From assembly GCA_002269645.1 (NCBI GenBank), contig NIVC01001525.1:1-64000 (forward strand): a DNA stretch of 64,000 nt, in the 5' to 3' direction. Position numbers and translations under genes: made by a program. Below are positions 40,801 to 51,752 of this stretch, one piece after another; position 1 is the first letter of the stretch, and every line of letters begins with the position of its first letter. Source of the DNA: Macrostomum lignano (taxonomy: Eukaryota). The notes beneath the pieces are model-generated. The model was not told the origin of the DNA. It saw only the letters and a program-made list of their open reading frames with translations, and did not search any database.

Positions 40801-43800
40801 GTCACGTGACTTGCTCCGATCCCACAGTCGCTTACAACTTCTCAATCATTGAGCTGTCCTGCAGGCATTGGGATGCTCTGGCGGCCTCGTGGGTTTTGCT
40901 GGGCCCAGAAAGCTGCCAGCTTGCAGAAGTGGCGGATACAAACAGAGTTTCCCTTCGATTCAATTTGCTTGGCAGCATTGGTGTTGGTCTCAATGTCTCA
41001 CCGAATCTCATCGACTTTGGCAGTCTTTTCAGCAACTGGCAGGGCAAGCTGGCCGACAGCGCGGCAGTCGTCGCCACCGTGGTAACTTTGTGGCTTATCT
41101 TCATTCCCATTGGTGCCATTTTGAGACGGGCTGACAAGGGAGATAGAATACTGGTTAGTTGTTTTGTTTTTAATACTTTCCTGCGAACACAAAGTATAAA
41201 AATCCAAAAAAATCTTTCAGTTTACCTACGAGCCACTAATAGATGACAAAAGTCTGGCACAGGTCTACCTTATCGATGTATTCAACGGAAAACTTGACTG
41301 CTGCATTCAACAGATCTGTATGACTGTTGTTGGAACAAAAAGCACAGAAAGTTCCAGAATTCTTGACGACGGAATCCGACAGGTGAGCTATTCTCAAAAA
41401 GCGTTTTGTTATAGACTTGCTTAACTAGATTCACATATTGATACGAAATTTCAGAGCTTTAAGAGCAGTTCTATCGATCGGTTCCGCATGACGACAAGCA
41501 GCAATCTAGGGGATATTCTCAAACTGCAACTGCAGCTGACTGCCGTGCATGAGGAATTGGAGCTCTGGATGCCGAGAAAGATCGTTGTCACCGACACAGT
41601 CACTGGAGCCATGTATGAGTAGTTTCTAAAGCCTGATAAATAAATCACTTTGGTAACGATGTCTAAAAGACTTAAAAGTACCATCTGTATTTAATTTTAA
41701 GGTACTTCTTCATACCGGACACCCCACTGACCGGTGACGGACAACCTGCATCAATTTATCTGTCCTCACAAGGCGATTTGAGACGTTCACCGGGTTTCCT
41801 CCGCCACAACTTTGGCCGCAAGCTCGAGGACGAGCACTTGTGGGTATCTGTGATGAAGCGATCTACTGAGACAAATTTCTCCAGACTGCAGCGCTTCACC
41901 ACCTGCTTCAGCGCACTCTTTATCACCATGGTGACGAATGCAATGTTCTTCGGAGTGGGCGATGCGATATCAGCAGGCCAGTCGGACCTCAAGCTTGGGC
42001 CGCTGACCATGTCAGTGGGCTCTTTGATTGTATCCGTGATTAGTGCACTCATTGTGGTGCCCGTCACTGCTGCCATCACGCTGATATTCCTAAAGTCAAG
42101 GCAATATCAAGAATCGGACTCTGGTAGTGGTGATTGGCAGCCTTCTCACCAACATTCGGACAGGCAGAATATCTATAGTGTAATTGAGGTAGGTATTCCT
42201 CCAAAATTATCGTATGTTTAACAAGATACGCAAAAAGATTTCGTTTACCTATTTCAGAGCGAATCTGATGAATCTGCAATCGAGTGGGACAGCCTGGAGT
42301 GCACCCCCATTCAGCCTCTAAAAGAGACAACTAAGCCAGTTCAGCTTCCTTACTGGTGTCAGTTTATTGGGTGGTTCATAGCGCTCAGCACCATCATTGT
42401 ATCAGGAGTCTTTATCGTTTTCTACGCAATGGATTGGGGGCAGGAGAAGTCGCAAAAGTGGCTGCTCTGCTTCATTCTTTCGTTTCTGGAAACGGCCTTC
42501 CTCATCCAGCCCATGAAGGTAGTCCTCATTGGATTCATATTTGTCATCGTGATGCGCAAGGACAGCGACGTAAAAAATTCGGAGCGCGTCAGGGTGATGG
42601 AGATCGACGAAGACGATAACTCATGTACGTATGTGAGTGAGAATAGCTTAATGTAGACAGGAGAATCACATTGTTCTCCATTTCAAATTGCAGGTCGCGT
42701 CTGCTACCTAAGCGAGCTGCAGAAGAAACCGCAGCCAGAAAAGCAGGCAGTGTTTTGCCATGGGCTGCAAGCCGGTCTGAGCCTTCTACAGTTTGCTCTG
42801 CTTTGTCTCGCCAGTACAGGCGCTGTCGACACTCGAGCATTTCGGTTGCACAGCAGCCTCTTGAATCATCTCAATTTGTCCTGTCTGCAGTCAGCCAGCG
42901 TTGCCAAGGCAGTGCTGCCTTGTCTATCCGAGTCTGTCGTTCCAGCGCTTTTTCCTACAGAGAGGTCGGCTCGGTCTGGGTTCATTGCTGACAATGCGGG
43001 CTTCCTGCTTGGATCACCTCGCCTGAGCCGAATTCAAAGTGCCGACTCGATGCAGTCAGCAGCCTTTGCATCGCAAATCGATGCCAGCAACGCTACAGAA
43101 GCTATCGATCTGCCAACCAGTTTAAATGCGACCATCAAAATGCTGCAGTCACTCTCTGATTTCAATTGGCTGAATGCCAACACAAGGAAAATCAAGCTGG
43201 GACTCAGCTTATTTTATCCAGATGCCTCTCTGTTCACTTACGCTGTCTTCACCATCAACTGTGAGTCTTTCGGAGGCTGCGAGTTGACTTGGAACATGGA
43301 CTCTGCACCGCTCAGTCGCTACGTTGGTGTCGTGGGTATCGTCCACCTCTGCGCTGACTGCCTGGCCGCTTTGGTGACCGTTATCTGCATTGGAGCTTCA
43401 ATGTACACCGCTGTGACTCTCGGATTTAAAGTGTTCGCTACATCTGGCTGGAACATCCTGGCCTTGGCGGCATTTGTGTTAGCAGCGATAGCCTGGGTCT
43501 GTCTGCTACTCCGTTGCTTGGCGTCTACTAGCGTCTCAAATCTACAGGCTGTGATGCAGTTGGATCGGCAGTTCTGCAACTGCCTCGCTGTCGCCACCTT
43601 CTTGCTACAGCTGCGGCTGCTTCAGCTGGCTAGGCTCACCCGACACCTGAGGCACCTTGTCGCCACAGTCAGCTGCTGTTTGACTCAGTTGGTTGCCTAC
43701 CTTGCTCCGCTGTCTCTGGTTTTTGCTGCTTTTGCCTGCCTGTTCTACCTCTCCATGGGCTCTCAACTCCGTCAATTCAGCTCGATGCCCGCCACTCTGC

Positions 43801-44292
43801 AGCACCTCTGCAACGCTGCCCTTGGGGCATCAGATTTTCGCAACGTTATGCAGCGGAACATCCTTAACCAACTCTGCTATCTGGGCTTTGTCTGCTTTCT
43901 TATTCTGGTGCTGATGAACATCTTCGTGGCTGTCATCAACCACGGCATCGGTTTGAGCAAGTCAAGGACAGACAACGAAGATCCGGATCAGCAGCTGGCG
44001 AGCTACATTGTTGAAGGTCTTCGCAATATTTTAGCACCCAGGAAGCATCGAACTAAACGGCTGAAAACTATTGGTGAGTGAATAGCCGTCTGTAAGGTTT
44101 AGGCCAAAAGTTTTGGTTCAGGCTTTGGGTGTTTCTTTAGCGGCCCATTTCCGCTTTAATTCCGCAGACCCGAGCAGGCAGTTGTCAGCATCCGTCAGTC
44201 GCCTGACAGCAACTTTAACTAATCTGGCTGGGCCATCATTTACGACAGCTGAGCAGGCCATTAGACGGGTAATCATCCCGGACAATTCATGA
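4707..44292 (+). CDS. Giant multi-exon polycystin-1-like (PKD1/REJ family) gene with lectin-fold ectodomain array
   Basis: ATG 4707 opens a signal-peptide exon. Most GT-AG joins traced by hand are phase-compatible through discoidin, CLECT, F-type lectin, kringle-like, WSC, fibrinogen-like, PKD, REJ, GPS, PLAT and channel domains to TGA at 44290-44292. Joins near 11.2-11.8, 12.2-12.5 and 12.7-13.0 kb are unresolved; three joins need +1 nt. Confidence 0.72.
5895..6475 (-). mobile_element. tRNA-derived SINE-like repeat, interrupted by a MITE
   Basis: Shares AGCGACATTGTCACACA, GCACAGGCACACACTCAC.CAGGAGTGTA, AAGCC.AGATTCCAATT.AGCCCTAAAT and TCGAGCCTGGGCC with 14220-14550; B-box-like GGCTCGATTCC on the minus strand. 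Confidence 0.65.
6088..6351. mobile_element. AT-rich MITE-like insertion
   Basis: 13-bp terminal inverted repeats AACGAGGGTTAAT / ATTAGCCCTCGTT (1 mismatch). Its left 26 bp recur at 56294-56319. Confidence 0.6.
6586..8410 (+). CDS. Module 1 discoidin/F5-8C-like exons
   Basis: Exons at about 6586-6889, 7444-7594, 7944 onward and 8281-8410 give FNLTGLLLRG, RMQMDLMGH, YHVTSFALAG and RQLRIHL...QIRGC, which are discoidin-type ends. Confidence 0.6.
8485..10289 (+). CDS. C-type lectin domain 1 plus linker (exons 8485-8653, 9805-10289)
   Basis: CPVGWIEHLNSC...WDQARDFC joined in phase 2 to LFVG...WQWSDGS...C...FVCQ. Confidence 0.85.
8996..9711 (+). mobile_element. Internally deleted Tc1 (DD34E) element
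   Basis: TA target duplications; TIRs TACTCAGCAACAGTCAAAAGTT; remnant 9114-9504 reads QDDNAP*H*...WPSRSPDMNPI*HVWD...AWQQLPQDFLRRLI...RY* with 34-residue spacing. Confidence 0.92.
10548..10757 (+). CDS. Kringle-like exon 1
   Basis: Six Cys with a C...GY...GGPCTPW pattern; phase-1 boundaries. Confidence 0.55.
11878..12150 (+). CDS. WSC domain exon
   Basis: YIGCFQDSGARDL...C...C...YFGTQWYAHCFCGN...C...C......CG; a single exon with phase-1 boundaries. Confidence 0.9.
12468..16227 (+). CDS. Module 2 exons: F-type lectin, Methyltransf_FA-like, F5/8C, F-type lectin, F5/8C, short discoidin-like
   Basis: LLCRGRPVGRFV; YELLLSANRSHLS; FVSMQGG...FSTDG; PELRWMLYGC; LRVYEIEVYG; FSITGLIIRG...GYVTSL; MLKLDLIGY. 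Confidence 0.65.
14220..14550 (-). mobile_element. tRNA-derived SINE-like repeat
   Basis: Minus strand starts GTAGCCCAGTGGTCTAG (A-box-like) and CCAGGCTCGAGT (B-box-like); a second copy lies at 5895-6475. Confidence 0.7.
16308..16910 (+). CDS. C-type lectin domain 2
   Basis: CPVNFIPHAGICFHL...WESALRMC joined in phase 2 to LHVG...WEWLDGS...FACQ. Confidence 0.85.
17536..17810 (+). CDS. Kringle-like domain 2 (two exons)
   Basis: CILG...TVSGEACIPW...NQC...PSC...QCIASNC; six Cys ending in C-x4-C as in kringles. Confidence 0.6.
17901..22399 (+). CDS. Module 3 exons: F-type lectin, Methyltransf_FA-like, F5/8C, F-type lectin, F5/8C, short discoidin-like
   Basis: NLAIGRP...LMVDL...LGRFV...SELQVYG; PEFRLELFGC; LATDG...HWWQVSLG...LCEFEVYG; WLEVWL...VTGLVMQG...LRFELLGY; IEIRGC. 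Confidence 0.75.
18135..18420 (+). mobile_element. tRNA-headed SINE with Nin/Deu-like central domain
   Basis: A-box-like TAGCCTATAGTG and B-box-like GCTTCGATTCT, then GTGTCCTTGAGCAAGACACTTAA...TGTTCACCCAGCTGTAAAATCGGTCCC, which resembles the Nin/Deu core as I recall it. Confidence 0.7.
22474..22994 (+). CDS. C-type lectin domain 3
   Basis: CPIG...KCYW...ARSIC...GHLASM joined in phase 2 to YEWWDGSPVLWNNW...C...WTDVDC...FLCE. Confidence 0.9.
23150..27150 (+). mobile_element. Degenerate Ty3/Gypsy retrotransposon in an intron (gag-PR-RT-RNaseH-IN)
   Basis: gag FVGRLKRQANKCTFG; PR LLDTGS; RT FLQIPL...SYQDD; RH ICDASKDGLG...EREALA; IN LHKTHSG...YFRWP and PKSWVTNNG...SNRQVER. Domain order is Gypsy-type; many stops and frameshifts. 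Confidence 0.92.
24334..25140 (-). mobile_element. 5'-truncated mariner (DD34D) nested in the Gypsy RT
   Basis: HHDNARPH...PYSPDLSPADF with 34-residue D-D spacing; one end TA|CGAGGGGTGTCCCAAAAG; the other TIR is missing. Confidence 0.92.
27564..30129 (+). CDS. Module 4 exons: linker, two F5/8C, short discoidin-like, C-type lectin 4 (29621-30129)
   Basis: EWLMVSF...KLELIGC; YAVSTRGNGSSYVTDF...LQIDILGF; KLRFFGC; CPVNYAYFRGRC...AKSLC...W...DC...W...C...VVCE. Confidence 0.8.
30430..31500 (+). mobile_element. Ty3/Gypsy pol remnant (RNase H to integrase) in an intron
   Basis: FEIVTDHKPL, IIRYLHSG and PDVLVTD-like motifs in broken frames. Confidence 0.75.
32039..33598 (+). CDS. Linker, F5/8C and fibrinogen C-terminal-like domain exons
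   Basis: IKLELFGC, then WTGLNAI...LRID...G...FRV...NGSSFSARD...GSGWW (fibrinogen-related signature). Confidence 0.8.
33869..34133. mobile_element. Tc1-family MITE
   Basis: Ends TACTCAACAACATTGAAAAGTC / GACTTTTCAATTTTGCTGAGTA|TA; internal AGTGACGTAACTTGCGCCAC is identical to 47356-47375. Confidence 0.75.
34178..38986 (+). CDS. Three Cys-bounded Ig-like repeats, about 7 PKD repeats, and REJ (exons 34178-34880, 34943-38308, 38398-38986)
   Basis: Phase-compatible joins; PKD-type G.yNV.v.a.N..S repeats with QEPV/QETI linkers; REJ motifs FYWAC, CIKNC, PSGGNCTVAPLQGFAMVTKFQISCFDW, YEF. Confidence 0.9.
39058..41153 (+). CDS. GAIN/GPS region and TM1
   Basis: SCRHWD...W...SC...FNLLGSIG...VSPNLIDF, then hydrophobic TM1 and RRAD. 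Confidence 0.85.
41221..41760 (+). CDS. PLAT-like domain (degenerate)
   Basis: YLIDVFNG...ICMTVVG...FKSSSIDRF...NLGDILKLQL...W...IVVTD, positioned after TM1 as in PKD1 family members. Confidence 0.75.
41702..44292 (+). CDS. Polycystin transmembrane/channel region and C-tail (exons 41702-42188, 42258-42624, 42694-44073, 44168-44292)
   Basis: HLWVSV...FSRLQRFTTCFS...NAMFF; LPYWC; KWLL...QPMKV; LLGSPRL; WLNANTR; S4-like LRLLQLARLTRH; LMNIFVAVIN. Confidence 0.92.
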
Positions 44293-45007
44293 CGATTTCA
44301 CGTTTTTAAATTCAAGATTAAGAATTAATAATGACTGGCATATGAAAATAAGACAAGTAACATTTTTTGCTTTTTTGTTTGCAAAAATCTTCGCGTAAAG
44401 CACATTTTTATAAATATTTCCATAGTGTAAACGTAAATGCGCTTGTTCACGGCTATTAAAAGTTTTGTACTTGTAATCTGTATATCAAAAGAGTTACAAA
44501 AACATTAAATATTGAATGTCAATTCGTTTCCTCCGGTTTTAGGGCAGGTAATCATTATTATTGCAATAAACCAAACAAGCCACAGGTAAAAAAAGTAAAC
44601 AATGATCTTATCTAATAAAAACTCTTGGAACACACCCAGTTCTTCATTTACCCGTAATGTTGCATTGTCTTAAATTGATACTGATAAATTTGGGCTTCTT
44701 AAACAGCTTATTATATCACCAATAAAAAGCATGATTTGAGCAATCATGGTAACTTACCTGGTTTGCCACTTTGCAGTCCTGAATTTCTTTTTTCTGTCAC
44801 CAGTTTCTTCAACGATCACCTTCGCAGTCAGTTTTCCTCCGGAAAGAATGACCCGTGTCACTAAGCATGCCGATCAATTCTGCAGGTTAAAAGCTACCTG
44901 CATGCAGATATGAAAGTCGAAGAGTTGAAGTTTGCAGCTGTTAAACAAACTGCATAGTAACTGAATGCTACAAAGTAATACTACAAAGTACTGAGCTAAC
45001 ATACGCT

Positions 45008-45770
45008 TGAGCTTGTGTGAGCTTGTGTGAGCTTGTGTGAGCTTTTGTGAGCTTGTGTGAGCTTGTGAGCTTGTGTGAGCTTGTGTGAGCTTTTGTGAGC
45101 TTGTGTAAGCTTGTGTGAGATTGTGTGAGCTTGCGTGAGCTTGTGTAAGCTTGTGTGAGCTTGTGTGAGCTTTTGTGAGCTTTTGTGAGCTTTTGTGAGC
45201 TTTTGTGAGCTTTTGTGAGCTTGTGTGAGCTTGTGAGCTTGTGTGAGCTTGTGTGAGCTTGTGTGAGCTTGTGTGAGCTTGTGTGAGCTTGTGTGAGCTT
45301 GTGTGAGCTTGTGTGAGCTTGTGTGAGCTTGTGTGAGCTTGTGTTAGAGCTTGTGTGAGCTTGTGTGAGCTTGTGTGAGCTTGTGTGAGCTTGTGTGATG
45401 TGAGCTTTGTGAGCTTGTGTGAGCTTGTGTGAGCTTGTGTGAGCTTGTGTTAGCTTGTGTGAGCTTGTGTTAGAGCTTGTGTGAGCTTGTGTGAGCTTGT
45501 GTGAGCTTGTGTGAGCTTGTGAGCTTGTGTGAGCTTGTGTGAGCTTTGTGAGCTTTGTGAGCTTGTGTGAGCTTGTGTGAGCTTGTGTTAGCTTGTGTGA
45601 GCTTGTGTGAGCTTGTGTGAGCTTGTGTGAGCTTTGTGAGCTTTGTGAGCTTTGTGAGTTTTTGTGAGCTTGTGTGAGCTTGTGTGAGCTTGTGTGAGCT
45701 TTTGTGAGCTTGTGTGAGCTTGTGTGAGCTTTTGTGAGCTTGTGTGAGCTTGTGTGAGCTTGCGTGAGCT
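45008..45770. repeat. 10-bp satellite (GAGCTTGTGT)n, about 75 units
   Basis: Direct inspection; 8-bp and 9-bp variant units are interspersed. Confidence 0.97.
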
Positions 45771-47290
45771 AATTCACGTCTTGAATTTCTGTGTGCGCTT
45801 TAAAAGCTCACACAAACTCACACAAAAAGCTCACACAGGCCTCAAATTTCCCGGCGGTTACTTATTGTGACTAAATACAGATGCAGACTTTTGTCTATGG
45901 TCGAAATTGAGGAGACCGAAGATTTGGATTTCAACTTCAGCTAGCTCAGTAGCTACTTTTTGGTTTTTAAGCTGGCTTCTTGTTCTTCTTGACTGACTTA
46001 AATGCTGCAGGGACAGGCTTTGAGACCATAGACAAATAAAATTCAGCTTTGTCCCTTGACATTTATCTTGCTTGAATTCGATGCAATGCATGAGAGGCGA
46101 GAGCCCACAACTGCGAAAGCTCTAATGAGCGAAACCATTCAATATAGAGAGAAAAGCCATAAACTGAAAAAGACGAGAAATTTGAGAAATTATCGATATA
46201 TCGTAATATGACATAATAGGACTTTAAATGCTTTAAAAACACCAATTTTAGATTATATAGTTCTTCAAAATATGTTTCTGCATCCTATCTACATCCTATG
46301 GCAGAAAATAGCTCGTACAAGATTGTTCAATTCAGATGGTACAAGAATCTTTTTAATAACTATTCTACTAAAGTTCAGTTGTGCTTTGCTACATACCCCT
46401 TTCCAAAAAAGTTTACTACTAGATTCTGAATTTTCAAATTTCAATCAAAAATAGCCCGCCACGTACCTAGATTATCCTTCTTTGGTGCCTATCCTTCGTC
46501 GGATGATGAAAATGACACTCGTCCAGCATTTGCGACTGGTTGGTTAATTGACGGATGACACTTTTTTTGCTGCGGCTAATGCTTCGCTGCAGCTCTTTTA
46601 ACTCAAAATACACATCAGAGATGGCAAACAAATAAAATTCTAAAGCGAAGTGACAGGGAAGAATAGAAAGAACTCGTACTTAAATAAGAGACCAACTTGT
46701 CTGTGGCCAACTCTTCAATCGTTAGAACTTTCTAAGCCAATAATTCCAAAGAAAATACACTGGCTGATTGGTCTGTTATGTCTATGGTTCCAGTTCTTTA
46801 GCCCAAAAAGAATGCTGGATCGATGAGCGACTGTGTGTATACTGTACTGCAGACCAAACTCTAAAGCTGATTTTTATAAGTTAAAATAGCTAAGGGGAAG
46901 CTGTCTGCCAGCAGCATCCAGAATTTTATTGCTTACCCACTCGTCTGGTTACGCAATTCAAATCAAGTAGTTATCTGTCTGTCCAGTGGGGTGCACACAG
47001 CTACGAGTATTTTCTTATCAGTTAATTGGCCCTGATGCAATCAATTCTCGTATATTTTATTTCAGAACAGTCCAAGAGAAATTGCTCACAGGCGTATAGA
47101 GTGGCGACTTTTAAATATTGCTGAGTACAGTTTGTTTAAGTTAAAAAATCACATGTCGAATAGCTTAAAAGCAAATAGCTTACCAATAATAAATGAAGCG
47201 ATATCGATTTCTCGGATTGGCTGTTAAACGTAGCGTTTTTAACTACTACTATAAATATATATACTAATATATTATATATACTCGTATATA

Positions 47291-47902
47291 CACTCAGCAA
47301 CAGTCAAAACCGCCACCCTACCGAGAGAGGCGACTTCTCTCTCACCTCAACTGCAAGTGACGTAACTTGCGCCACAGCGTGGCTAAAGCTGAGTGAGAGT
47401 GAATGCAGGAGAGGGCAATCAGGGAATGCAGGGGATGCCCCATCTGCTTCTTTCACCCCACATTAGACGGAGCAGGGTGGCTAGCGCGGTCGGAGTTCGC
47501 CTGACAATCCGCAGCAGACGTCGATTTGCCCTGGCTGTTGAGCCGCGGAGATCATGGCGGTGGCTGCCTATGGCTGCGTGCTGAACACTACCAGTCTCTT
47601 GGGACTTCGTTAACAGCGCTCGAATTGTTGAACGTGATAGGCCAAATTGGCGAGCAACTGCGCTGATGGATGCACCAGCTTCTAGCATGCCAACAGCGCG
47701 CCATCGTTCAGCGTCTGTCATATGCCTGACCATTGTCACGTGTACTGTTGCACCCCCAACCCCAACCCCAGTCCCTTTTGTACTCTCACCCTGGAATTCA
47801 GCAGCTTTAGCCACGCTGTGGCGCAAGTTACGTCACTTGCAGTTGAGGTGAGAGAGAAGTCGCCTCTCTCGGTAGGGTGGCGGTTTTGACTGTTGCTGGG
47901 TG
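47291..47902 (-). mobile_element. Internally deleted Tc1 element with 101-bp TIRs and transposase N-terminus
   Basis: TA duplications; TIRs match over about 101 bp with 1 mismatch; ORF MVRHMTDAERWRAVGMLEAGASISAVARQFGLSRSTI (helix-turn-helix) from 47733. Confidence 0.95.
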
Positions 47903-48687
47903 TATATACAATGGTTTATATTAAGCATTTCATTGGTGTTCGCTTCTTTACTGTTGCACAAGCATGTCCTGTACTTTCCTGATAGAAAACCTGAAGTTTA
48001 CTAGACTAAAAATAGCTTTAAGATCGCTTCACCCACTACCATTTTGCGTTTGGCAATGTCGAATGTTGCAAAAAAGCTTCTCCTCTGCAGGGAAGGGGGA
48101 ATCACTAAGCCCGCCCTAGTGAACAGATTACAAACATGCCGAGAGATGCAAATTTCATATGTGACAATAGAAAATTTCGAGCTTGAGAAGGGTTTCGAGC
48201 TTCTGAAACGATCTTAGCTGAAGTTAGTTATGCATTTATACTATTATATAATCAGTCCGTTTAGATTTTTGTTGTCAAGCTGTCTTTTCTGAAGCAGCTG
48301 AAAAGACAAAGTTTGCCAAGTCAGTATGAATTTAATTATTTAGAAAACCAAATAGTTCTGTGAGTACACGGACAAGAAAAAATGATTGCATTTCCGTATA
48401 TTGCTGCAAAAATGGCTCGTTAACACTGTAGCCAGGCTTTTTGTCTTCCGAGTGTTCGTTGTGAAATAAATAATTTAAAAATACACGGACGAAAAAGCAC
48501 TGCCAAATACATAAAATGGGTAATTTAAAGCGTCGAATTACTTAAACAAATTAGCGAATGAGCAATGCGCAGTCGAACTGACAAGAATGTAAGTCGTGCT
48601 TGGCGTTGAGCCAAGAGCTGTTTGCAAAAACCAACTTTTATGTACGAAGACAAGTTAGTTGTGGTGTGTTTTAGAAAGTTTTGTCAC

Positions 48688-50522
<1,835 letters not shown>

Positions 50523-51225
50523 TTCGACAATTAGTTAATCAACTTTTCTTTTCCGACGGTTAAAGTAGACTGGTGTTGAAATAAAATAATTTAACAATAT
50601 TAATTATGCGACTCTGAAGGCGTGGTTTGTAATTTGTCGCGATGCCTAAATATTAAACTGGCTCATAATAGTTTGTATATTCTCTCTGTAGTCACTTGAG
50701 TTCTTTCCATAGACTAATCAACTTTAGGCATGCGATGGCCGTATCAACTTAGTGACATTGTCAAACAACTAGCAATGAGGCACTCTGCCATTTCCACTGA
50801 CTCCGAGCGCATTATAAAAGTGCGCGGATAATAAGGACAGGCACGTACACTGTACTTCAAACATGCTTAGCACAGGTTGTGCTGCCGTCCTGACCTCCCA
50901 ATAAATTGCAGTGCTTTGGGTGGAAATTGCATGACAACCCACTAGACAAATTTCGCGCACAAGCCCCTACTGAATGTGGCCTGCGAACAGGGGTCGTGAC
51001 GTGAGAGAGTCAGATGCATTTCGCATACGCCAGTTAGAAGACCTTCGGCAGTAATCTCAAATGAAACCTCTTGTACGAGTAGCTTGAATTTGGCCTTCTT
51101 TGCAATTTACAGTTGGTTAATTATTTGCTGTTTTATTTTATTTTCAATTTTGCTTCGAAAAAGCGAGTTGCTCGATGTATTTATTTACACGTTCATCTAA
51201 TACATCATCAGGCGATGCACAAATG

Positions 51226-51752
51226 TCAGACCAGAGGTACAAATGTGACTCCCATCAGGGCTCGCCGGCTGAGGCTGCCATCCAGCGCTCTGTCCAGTCG
51301 GACAAGAGTCTGCCGGCCAGCAGCCGGACCCACAGGACAAACCAGACGTCCACCAGGCGCCAGCTGATCTGTCAGGTCGGGCGGCACCGACTGTTCGGCG
51401 GCGGCGCCCCCCACGTGAATCGCGTCGAATGGTTGCTCGGTTGGAAAGCCATGCAAGCTGTAAGGTAGCCAGAGCCGCTACCAATGTCTAGCGCCTTCGC
51501 ACCGGGGACCAGTTTTGGTGCCAGACAGCTCAGCGCTATGGCGTGCATGTGCGGCGCTGAAATGGTCGCCCCGTGGCCGATGCTTTGCGGTGAGTCAGCG
51601 TACGCGTAGAGTGCATCGCGGGGGAAGAAATTGCCTCGGTCAATTACCAGCATTGCCTCCTCGGCGCTCGAATGGCTGATTGCGCCTGAACGGAGCAAAT
51701 CTTTTACTAGGCGTTGCTGTCCAGTAAGGATCGGTTTTTTCTTTTCGGTCAT
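51226..51752 (-). pseudogene. PCMT1: Protein-L-isoaspartate O-methyltransferase, intronless, with internal deletion and frameshift
   Basis: DSPQSIGHGATISAPHMH, ALDIGSGSGYLTACMA, then in another frame PFDAIHVGGAA...QLAPGGRLVCPVG...VTFVPL. The central segment is absent. Confidence 0.85.

Noticed and set aside
44074-44081. TGA at 44081 as the polycystin stop
   Set aside because: It lies within a GTGAGT donor; a phase-1 acceptor at 44168 gives a 41-codon open terminal exon.
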